DNA from: Thermoplasmata archaeon
GTDB taxonomy: Archaea; Thermoplasmatota; SW-10-69-26; JACQPN01; JAJPHT01
Reading direction: 5' to 3'
Length of the DNA stretch: 36,942 nt
NCBI GenBank assembly: GCA_034667685.1
Contig: JAXDQU010000081.1
Coordinates: forward strand, 1-36,942
In this document: piece by piece, positions 30,154-36,942 of the stretch
Layout of the letters: every line of letters begins with the position of its first letter
Position numbering within the stretch: position 1 is the stretch's first letter
Notes under the pieces: model-generated
Databases searched by the model: none
Seen by the model: only the letters and a program-made list of their open reading frames with translations
Told to the model about the DNA's origin: nothing
Translations under genes and position numbers: made by a program

Positions 30154-30342
30154 CTACATGAACAGCAGCTTCACGTAGAACCACGCAGAGGCGAACTCTT
30201 CCTTCTTCGGCTGGCGTACCAGCCGGCAATACGCCCTACGCGCCCCCTGCGCCGCGCTGAAGCGCGGCTTCGGGGGCGATAAGCCGCGTCACATGAACAG
30301 CAGCTTGACGTAGAACCACGCAGAGGCGAACTCTTCTTTCTT
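30154..30342 (-). repeat. 54-bp direct repeat of the 3' end of the reductase gene (30154-30207 vs 30289-30342), att-like scar
   Basis: Both copies encode KKEEFASAWFYVKLLFM*; differences are only AAG/AAA, GTG/GTC and TAG/TGA. Confidence 0.9.
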
Positions 30343-31551
30343 CTCGCGATCGGCAAGCATCGCGGAGATCGTCTCGCGGACCTTCGGCCTCTTCGCGGCG
30401 CGCCGGAGCACGAAGTTGAGCAGCACGCGGTGGCGGCCGAGCTGCTGGAGCTTGTAGCTCATCTGCAGCTCCTCGTCGAGCTCGGCGCGTAGCGGCTTCT
30501 CGTACGCCTCGGCGAGGAAGGGCTTGCTGACGTTGTTGGCGGCGATCGCCTTGGTGGCCGCGGCGGCGGCGAGGCGGCCGCTGACCATGGCGTTGCCGAT
30601 GCCTTCGCCGCTGAAGGGGTCGATGAGCGCGGCGGCGTCGCCCACGAGCATCCAGCCGTCTCCCGCGACGGGGCGGTGCTTGCTGCCCAGCGGGAGCACC
30701 CAGCCGCGCTTGCTGCCGGGCACCTCCCTCGCGTCCGCGAAGCGCTCCTTGAACGCGGGGTGCTCGCGCATGATGCGCTCGGTGTCGGCGATGAGCTGGA
30801 CCTTCTTCGCGCCGTCCTTGCGCATGGCTTGCAGGTCCGTCTCGATCATGCCGCTGCCGACGTTGGCCATGCCGTCGTCGAGCGGGAAGATCCAGAAGTA
30901 GCCGGGGATCAGGCCCTCGACGAAGTGGATCTCGATATCACGGGTCATGCCGGTCACGCCGGTCATGTAGACGCGGTACGCGCCGATCCAGTGGTCGCGG
31001 TCGCGCTCGAAGGCGCCCGTCTTCTGCGCCACGACGCTCATGGCGCCGTCCGCGCCGATCACGAGCCTCGCGCGCGCCTCACGCCCGTCGCCGATCTTGA
31101 TCCCGACGGCCCGGCCGTTCTCGAAGATGACGTCCTTGACCTCGGCGTCCTCCCACGTCTCGATGGACTTGTACGACTGCGCGTGGCGGAACACCATCTC
31201 GTCGAAGACGAGGCGGCGCGCGACCCAGCCCGCGGTGACGTAGTTGTACTTCTTGCTGTTCTTGATGCCCGTCGGGTCGACGTCCCGGGGGAAGGGGATC
31301 TGCACCTTGTCGTCGCGCGGGCCGCTGAAGAGCACGCCCTCGGCCACGGCGTGCGGGCGCTCCTCGACGAGGTCCGCGATGCCCAGCTCGCGCAGCACGG
31401 CCGCGCTCTTGCCGCTGATGGCGTCGCCGCACGTCTTGTCGCGCGGGAAGCGCGCCTTGTCCACGAGCAGCACGCGGTGCCCGTCGCGCGCCAGGAAGCT
31501 CGCGCACGCCGAGCCGCCAGGACCGGCGCCCACGACGATGACGTCGTACAC
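30289..31551 (-). CDS. Geranylgeranyl reductase family FAD-dependent oxidoreductase (start GTG 31551 or ATG 31563)
   Basis: DVIVVGAGPGG, FPRDKTCGD, GADGA, GYFWIFP, GDAAALIDPFSGEGI. Confidence 0.93.
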   Translation of the reverse strand: MYDVIVVGAGPGGSACASFLARDGHRVLLVDKARFPRDKTCGDAISGKSAAVLRELGIADLVEERPHAVAEGVLFSGPRDDKVQIPFPRDVDPTGIKNSKKYNYVTAGWVARRLVFDEMVFRHAQSYKSIETWEDAEVKDVIFENGRAVGIKIGDGREARARLVIGADGAMSVVAQKTGAFERDRDHWIGAYRVYMTGVTGMTRDIEIHFVEGLIPGYFWIFPLDDGMANVGSGMIETDLQAMRKDGAKKVQLIADTERIMREHPAFKERFADAREVPGSKRGWVLPLGSKHRPVAGDGWMLVGDAAALIDPFSGEGIGNAMVSGRLAAAAATKAIAANNVSKPFLAEAYEKPLRAELDEELQMSYKLQQLGRHRVLLNFVLRRAAKRPKVRETISAMLADREKKEEFASAWFYVKLLFM

Positions 31552-31697
31552 GGCGCGGCGCATTAGGGCTCTGGGCTTTGAACATTGCCTGGATAATGGC
31601 CTTGGTCCGGCACCCCCTGTGGTCCCAAGGCATTGAGAACAGCGAATTCCGCGCGTGTTTCGTCAGTCAGAGGTAGGGCGGATCCGCCATGAACAAG

Positions 31698-31931
31698 TCA
31701 CGGCGGGGGTTTGGGGTCCTCGCGCTCCCAGTAGATGTAGGAGTCACCGTCCTTCACTTGGAACTTGGATGAATCGCGCTTGAGCAACGCGACGAGCAAC
31801 AGGCGATAGCCCAACACGACGGCCCCTACAGACAGTCCAATGAGCGCAATTTTCGCGCTGCTGAGGATGTCAACTGCGGCTACAGCGCCAACTGCGATAC
31901 AGATCACCAACACCCAAGGATTGCGGTTCAT
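31698..31931 (-). CDS. Small 2-TM membrane protein in a low-GC segment (77 aa)
   Basis: Two hydrophobic helices; GGGAG upstream; atypical codon usage. Confidence 0.55.
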   Translation of the reverse strand: MNRNPWVLVICIAVGAVAAVDILSSAKIALIGLSVGAVVLGYRLLLVALLKRDSSKFQVKDGDSYIYWEREDPKPPP

Positions 31932-32051
31932 GACTTTTCTCCAACTGTCACGCCATCATTTGTGGTCGGAAGTTGGCCGCGCAGGTTCGTTCCGCCGGAC
32001 CCGCCGCAATACGCGTTGGGATATTTGAGTCGAGCGTTTTCCCCGAGTGTC

Positions 32052-32090
32052 TGTGCTATGCTTGGTGTGCTATGCTTGGTGTGCTATGCT
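32052..32090. repeat. Tandem 14-bp repeat (TGTGCTATGCTTGG x ~2.8)
   Basis: Directly visible, perfect units. Confidence 0.9.
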
Positions 32091-32369
32091 CGACGCCCAA
32101 CATCTGCGCTAACTCGTATTGGAGAGGGATGTGCAATGCCTTGCGACGTAGGTGGCGAGAAAACGGCGGTCTTCGCATGACGGATTTCTTGCCCTCGCTC
32201 ACCAGGGCCGTTGCCGCGTGCAGGGCGGCTGATTACCAAATGAATCCGCGAGAGGGCCCGGGCCTAGGAGTAGATACCCGCCTCCCGATGGCATAGACCC
32301 CTCCGAAACAACGTCCTGGGATAGTGGGTGACAGGAAACGCCTAAGGTCCCAGCGGAGGTCCCCGCCCC

Positions 32370-33890
32370 ATGCGCCTCGGCCTCGCCCTTCTCCTCCTGA
32401 CTGCGTTCGCCGGCTGCGTCACGCCCTCCGCGAGCGTGCAACCCGCCTCGACGACCGTCGCGCTCCCCGCCGGCACCGCCGGCGTGCTCCACGACGCGAT
32501 GGGGCACGTCCTCGCGGCCAACGCGACCACCGTCGCGGGCGTGGGCGGGCTCTACCACATCGGGGCCGCGAGCGCGGAGCCCACGATCGGCGTCGCGAAG
32601 GACGGCGCGGTCTTCATGACGGCCGAGGTGCCCAACCCCGACTGCGCGGCGTGCCCCGCGCTCCCCTACGCCAACTTCCAGATGGGCCCGACGCTCATGA
32701 AGAGCAGCGACAAGGGGCAGACGTGGAAGGACGCCTTCCCCAAGCTCCCCACCGGCGACTCGTACAAGCTGCGCTCGTGGGACCCGATGATGCACGTGGA
32801 CCCCGACACCAACCGCGTCTTCATGGATGATATCTATCCGCTCGGCTGCGGCTTCCTCTCGTACAGCGACGACGAGGGCGCCACGTGGACGCACGACCCC
32901 GCCTCGTGCGGCAACCCGAACGTCAACGACCACCAGACGCTGGGCACGGCGAAGCCGCACACGCTCCCCACCGTGGGCTACCCGAACCTCGTCTACCGCT
33001 GCGTCAACAACCTCCAGTTCATCGGCTGCGCGATCTCGGTCGACGGCGGACTCTCCTTCCTGCCGCAGGTCCCCGTGACGGAGGCGATGCAGGCCGGCTG
33101 CGACGCGATCGTGGGCCACCTCGAAAGTGATGGCACGGGCCGCGTCTTCCTCCCGCTCACCTGCGGCGGCGTCCCCACCGCGGCCATCACCGAGGACGAC
33201 ATGCAGAGCTGGACGCTCGCGCCGATCAGCAAGGACGCGCCCAGCACGGGCCTGCACGTCGACCTCGCCCTCGACGAGGCGGGCAACGTCTACGCGCTCT
33301 GGGAGAGCAAGGGGCTCCCCGCGTACAGCTTCAGCACCGACCACGGCAAGACGTGGAGCAAGGCGATCATGGTCCAGGCGCCCGGCGTCACGGCCATCAA
33401 GTTCAACGCCATCGCCGCGGGCGCCGCGGGCAAGGTCGCCTTCGCGTACGTGGGCACCACGCTCCCGGGCGGCTACAAGAACCCGGCTCCGTCGTGCGGC
33501 GCGCTCCCCGCGCTCCCCTGCGACGAGCCCGCCGAATGGAAGAACGCGACGTGGAACGGCTACCTCGGCGTCATGACCGACGCGCTCTCCGCGAGCCCCA
33601 CCCTCCAGACCGTCACCGTCAACGACCCGGCCGACCCGCTCTCGCGCGGCGCGTGCGGCGACCGCTGCCACGGCATGACCGACTTCCTCGACGTCGCCAT
33701 CGACCACGACGGGCGCCCCTGGGCCGCCTTCGTGGACGTGTGCACGCAGAAGTGCGCGACCGATCCCTCGGTCCTCTATGACGCGGACGTGGGCGCCGTG
33801 GGCACGCTCGTCTCCGGTCCCGCGCTGCGGGGCGAGGCTGGCGCCCTGACGCCGATCCTTCCGCCTCCGGCGCCGAAGGCCGCCTCCTGA
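32370..33890 (+). CDS. Lipoprotein with BNR/Asp-box repeats (sialidase-like beta-propeller), Cys-rich
   Basis: FAGC lipobox; Asp-boxes SSDKGQTW, SDDEGATW, SVDGGLSF, STDHGKTW; EPTIG, DPMM. Confidence 0.88.
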   Translation: MRLGLALLLLTAFAGCVTPSASVQPASTTVALPAGTAGVLHDAMGHVLAANATTVAGVGGLYHIGAASAEPTIGVAKDGAVFMTAEVPNPDCAACPALPYANFQMGPTLMKSSDKGQTWKDAFPKLPTGDSYKLRSWDPMMHVDPDTNRVFMDDIYPLGCGFLSYSDDEGATWTHDPASCGNPNVNDHQTLGTAKPHTLPTVGYPNLVYRCVNNLQFIGCAISVDGGLSFLPQVPVTEAMQAGCDAIVGHLESDGTGRVFLPLTCGGVPTAAITEDDMQSWTLAPISKDAPSTGLHVDLALDEAGNVYALWESKGLPAYSFSTDHGKTWSKAIMVQAPGVTAIKFNAIAAGAAGKVAFAYVGTTLPGGYKNPAPSCGALPALPCDEPAEWKNATWNGYLGVMTDALSASPTLQTVTVNDPADPLSRGACGDRCHGMTDFLDVAIDHDGRPWAAFVDVCTQKCATDPSVLYDADVGAVGTLVSGPALRGEAGALTPILPPPAPKAAS

Positions 33891-33907
33891 TCGTCCCGCC
33901 CGACCTC

Positions 33908-33980
33908 AACACGAAGGCACGAAGCCACGAAGAGCACGAAGCGGTCGTTCGTGCTCTTCGTGGCTTCGTGACTTCGTGTT
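33908..33980. repeat. Palindromic element built from CACGAAG units (33-bp stem, 7-nt loop)
   Basis: 33908-33940 is the reverse complement of 33948-33980 with 1 mismatch; just after a stop codon. Confidence 0.92.
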
Positions 33981-34042
33981 CCGGCGACCCGGGGAAGCGC
34001 CGGAGCAGAAGCGCTCAAGAAGGGGTCCCGCCTCCCCAGAGG

Positions 34043-34354
34043 ATGATGGCGGCGTCCCTCTTCTGCGAGCACAAGAAGCTCAGGACCGCGTGCGCGCTCT
34101 GCAAGGCGACCGCCGTGCCGCCCGCGTCGCGCGACCTCAAGCCCGTCGTGGAGGAGAAGCCGAAGCGCGAGGCGAAGCCCAAGGCCGAGCCGAAGGCGTT
34201 CGACCCGACCGACGCCGAAGCGATGAGCACCGACGCGGCCCCGACCGGGCGCCGGGGACCGGGCAAGCCGCTCATGCCGACGCGCCAGAAGGCCAAGAAG
34301 GTCGACAGCCGGGCCGAAGCGGAGCACGCCGAGGCCTGGTGGGTGAAGAAGTGA
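34043..34354 (+). CDS. Small basic hypothetical protein with N-terminal CEH-x6-CxxC motif (~103 aa)
   Basis: FCEHKKLRTACALCK, Lys/Pro-rich linker, ends WWVKK; CTCAAG about 30 nt upstream; strong codon bias. Confidence 0.75.
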   Translation: MMAASLFCEHKKLRTACALCKATAVPPASRDLKPVVEEKPKREAKPKAEPKAFDPTDAEAMSTDAAPTGRRGPGKPLMPTRQKAKKVDSRAEAEHAEAWWVKK

Positions 34355-34503
34355 GGGGTCCCGTCGGGGCGTGAATCAGCAAGGTCATATGCTTCCAGTG
34401 GCAACAAGGGTCTGGACTTCGAGCCGCCCGCGCATGCCCCGCGCGCCGCCACACGACGTGGCCTGCCCGCGAATGGCCACTGCGCGCGGCCCTCGATCCG
34501 ATC

Positions 34504-35130
34504 CTATTCTCGCGGAACGATGACGATCAGGCGTCCCTTCCGCACGCGGATGCGCTGCGGGGGCGCGCCGGCGAGGTTGCTCACGCCGTAGGGCTCGCCC
34601 GCCACCATCATCGCTTCGACGAGCGGGTAGCGCAGGCCGTCGTAGGTGATGCCCTCCACGCGCGCGTCGAAGGGGATCGCGGAGAGGAGCGCGCCCTCGG
34701 GCAGGTCGAGGCGCAGCTCGCGCTCCGGCGTGACCACGTACGTGTCGCCGTCCTCGTCCGCGGCGCGCACGCGGGCCCAGGCGCTCGCGGCGGCGAGAAG
34801 GTGCAGGTTGGCGAGCGCGTGGTCGGGCCGCCCGCCGCCGGGCCCGAGGAACAGGACCTCGTCGCACCCCTTGGCGTGGGCGAGCGCGAGCGCCGCGTCG
34901 GTCTCGTCCTTCTGCGCGGGGTGGCGCTCGAGGGGCACGCCCTCGGCCTCGAAGCGCGCGAGCGTCTCCGCGCTCACGGAGTCCATGTCGCCCACGATGC
35001 GGTCGGGACGCGCGCCCGCCTCGCGCAGCGCCTCCGCGCCGGCGTCGACGGCGAGGACACGGTCGCCCGGCCGCACGTGCGCGCGCACGAGGGCGGCGGT
35101 GGCGCGCGGGAAGACGAGGACCGCCCTCAT
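34504..35130 (-). CDS. thiN: Thiamine diphosphokinase
   Basis: AVDAGA, VGDMDSV, KDETD, GGRPDHALAN, GLRYPL, GVSN. Confidence 0.92.
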   Translation of the reverse strand: MRAVLVFPRATAALVRAHVRPGDRVLAVDAGAEALREAGARPDRIVGDMDSVSAETLARFEAEGVPLERHPAQKDETDAALALAHAKGCDEVLFLGPGGGRPDHALANLHLLAAASAWARVRAADEDGDTYVVTPERELRLDLPEGALLSAIPFDARVEGITYDGLRYPLVEAMMVAGEPYGVSNLAGAPPQRIRVRKGRLIVIVPRE

Positions 35131-35206
35131 GCGGCCGCCACCGCGCCCTCCCGTCTTGAACCCGAGGCGAAGGAGCCATATCCAGGAGGGCGCAGAGGGC
35201 TGGGGC

Positions 35207-35743
35207 GTGGCGCATCGGCTGGGCGCCTGCGCGGCGAGCCTCGCCGCGTTGGGGCTGGGACTGGCAGCATACGCGATCCTCTGGCCGCCGGCGGGGCCCG
35301 ACGTGATGGGCCGTCCGCTGGCGTGGGCGCTCGCGCTCTGGGGCCTGGGCCTCGCCGCCGGCGGCGCGCTCGCGGGGCTCCTGGGCGCGGGCCACCCGGA
35401 CCACGGCGAGGGCATGCTCGGGACGATGCTCCTGCGCACCGACCGCCCCGCGCTCGCGCTCTCCGCGCTGGGCCTGGGCGCGCTCTCCTCGACGCTCGTC
35501 GCCGCGGCCGCGGGCTTCGTGGCGCCTGACGTCCCCGTGCTGGGCCTGCGCGCGTCGGACTGGACCTTCTACGCGGCGCTCAGCCTCCTCTCGCTCTCGC
35601 TGGCGCTCCCCGCGCTCGCGTCGTACGTCTGGAGCGGCGGGCGCGGCTCGCGCGCGCGGAAGGCGGCCGCCGGGCGCCACCACGCGATGGCGATCCTCAC
35701 GGCGCTCGCGCCCTGGGCGTTGCGCGCCCTTTTTGGCGCATGA
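35207..35743 (+). CDS. Hypothetical multi-pass membrane protein (~178 aa)
   Basis: About 5 hydrophobic segments; CCATAT about 30 nt upstream of GTG. Confidence 0.65.
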   Translation: MAHRLGACAASLAALGLGLAAYAILWPPAGPDVMGRPLAWALALWGLGLAAGGALAGLLGAGHPDHGEGMLGTMLLRTDRPALALSALGLGALSSTLVAAAAGFVAPDVPVLGLRASDWTFYAALSLLSLSLALPALASYVWSGGRGSRARKAAAGRHHAMAILTALAPWALRALFGA

Positions 35744-35758
35744 GCCCGCTCGCGGCGC

Positions 35759-36283
35759 GTGCGGAGCCTCCTGCTCTTCGTCGTGCTCGTCGCGGGCTGC
35801 ACGCAGAGCGCGCCGCCCACCACGAGCACGCCGAGCGCGCACTTCGTCGAGCCTCCCCTTCCGGGCGGCGCGTGGCGCGAGCCGTGCCCCGCGCAGAACG
35901 CGACGCCGCTCGCGGTCGACTTCGTGGCGCAGCCGCGCAACGACTCCGCGGGACACGGCCCCGGCCTCCACCGCCTCGACCCCGTCACGTTCCTCTGGGT
36001 CTACGCGACCTACAACCAGACCGACCGCCAGGACCGCGTCAGCCGCGTCAACCCGGTGGACGTCGCGCGCGACCCGGACGGAACGCTCGAGGTCTGCACC
36101 CGCGTGGACCTCGTCACCCCCGTGGAGGTCGACGGCAAGCTCCGAACCTACGACGTGGCCGCGCGCTTCACCGCCACGCAGGGCCTTCCGGCCGGCAGCG
36201 TCCGCTTCACGGTGAACTGGATCGCCGGCTGCACGCCGTGCGATCCGCTCCCCCGCGGGAACGCGACCGTGGACTTCCCTTGA
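35759..36283 (+). CDS. Putative lipoprotein (174 aa)
   Basis: LLLFVVLVAGC lipobox; CTTTTT at -30. Confidence 0.8.
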   Translation: MRSLLLFVVLVAGCTQSAPPTTSTPSAHFVEPPLPGGAWREPCPAQNATPLAVDFVAQPRNDSAGHGPGLHRLDPVTFLWVYATYNQTDRQDRVSRVNPVDVARDPDGTLEVCTRVDLVTPVEVDGKLRTYDVAARFTATQGLPAGSVRFTVNWIAGCTPCDPLPRGNATVDFP

Positions 36284-36320
36284 TCCGCGGAAGGGCAAGC
36301 TTCTCCCGTTGTCGTTTGCC

Positions 36321-36395
36321 GGCGCTCCTTTCCCGACACCGAGAATCCCGGAATCCGCGGATGGCTCGGATGCGCGGTGTTGGGAAAGGAGCGCC
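36321..36395. repeat. Long intergenic hairpin (21-bp stem)
   Basis: ggcgctcctttcccgacaccg / cggtgttgggaaaggagcgcc, one G-T pair. Confidence 0.8.
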
Positions 36396-36480
36396 ACGAG
36401 CCGCGCATGGATGGGAACGCGCCCTCGCCCTTCGAAGGCTGATCCCAAAAAGACGAGCCCTGGGAAGCCGGCGGCCCCGC

Positions 36481-36864
36481 ATGCGTCGCCTCCTCGTGCT
36501 GCTCGTCGTCGCGGTCGCGCTCGCCGGGTGCAGCGCCCGCGCCAACAAGGACGCTCTCTTCGGCTACATGAAGAAGCCCGTGTTCGCCAGCAGCTTCCCG
36601 CTCGCCGACGCGCGCGCGGTGCCGCAGTCGCAGCAGTTCTTCGTGGAGGACGGAAGCATCGCGAGCCTCCAGATCCAGGTGTGGGTCAACGCGACCGCGG
36701 GCGGCGCGACTGTGAGCATCGTCGACGCGCACGGCGACGAGGTGCTGCGCACGACCCAGAGCACGACCGTGGCGGCGCCCCTGGACCTGGGCGCGTGGAA
36801 GGTCACGGTCGCGGGCACGCGCGACGCGACCGGCCAGGTCGACATCCTCGTGATGCGCCACTAG
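36481..36864 (+). CDS. Putative lipoprotein (127 aa)
   Basis: MRRLLVLLVVAVALAGC lipobox; beta-rich mature part. Confidence 0.8.
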   Translation: MRRLLVLLVVAVALAGCSARANKDALFGYMKKPVFASSFPLADARAVPQSQQFFVEDGSIASLQIQVWVNATAGGATVSIVDAHGDEVLRTTQSTTVAAPLDLGAWKVTVAGTRDATGQVDILVMRH

Positions 36865-36883
36865 AGGCTGTTTCACAGCCTCT
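36863..36883 (+). terminator. Hairpin overlapping the stop codon (possible terminator or IS-end relic)
   Basis: AGAGGCTG-tttca-CAGCCTCT. Confidence 0.4.
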
Positions 36884-36942
36884 GTCGCAGTCGCGCAGGG
36901 TTTTCCCCGTGGCTTCGCTTTCCGCCAACACGCCCAGACGCC

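Noticed and set aside
30154-30342. Possible DGR template/variable repeat pair
   Set aside because: Differences are not adenine-specific, all are synonymous, and no reverse transcriptase is present.
33908-33980. Possible CRISPR array (also 10-44, 19962-20042, 32052-32090)
   Set aside because: Units are 7-14 nt with no unique spacers; the structures are inverted or tandem repeats; no cas genes.
34355-34503. TATA-like GGTCATATG between convergent genes suggesting a hidden small gene
   Set aside because: No convincing ORF or RNA structure downstream on either strand.
36861-36883. IS terminal inverted repeat
   Set aside because: Resembles IS-type ends, but no transposase or second end is in the window; kept only as a hairpin.

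Overview
Very GC-rich, gene-dense chromosomal window with about 40 genes. It most likely comes from a high-GC archaeon (Thermoplasmatota-like). This is inferred from degenerate TATA-like boxes about 30 nt upstream of many start codons, largely leaderless starts and many LAGC lipoproteins; no marker gene is present. Recognisable genes: amidohydrolase, MFS and EamA transporters, acyl-CoA synthetase, uvrA, S53 sedolisin, reprolysin-like metalloprotease, type II (Rhizobium-type) asparaginase, PaaG-like crotonase, GNAT, YbjQ, YyaL/SSP411, thiamine ABC transporter thiBPQ plus thiN, a DUF2075 nuclease-helicase, a geranylgeranyl-reductase-family flavoprotein and an Asp-box lipoprotein. Most striking: two tandem SMUG1-family uracil-DNA glycosylases are bracketed on both sides by two paralogs of an uncharacterised Trp/Arg-rich 'YTGMxVG...APEGSG' protein, a candidate undescribed base-damage/modified-base module. 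Also notable: a translationally coupled DUF2378-STAS/SEC14-histidine kinase operon with no response regulator, periodic 33-bp-stem palindromic elements, a synonymous-only 54-bp duplication of the reductase 3' end (att-like scar), a disrupted matrixin gene and tandem 8-Cys secreted paralogs. No rRNA, tRNA, CRISPR array, transposase or integrase was seen. All family assignments come from motif recognition by eye, not database searches.
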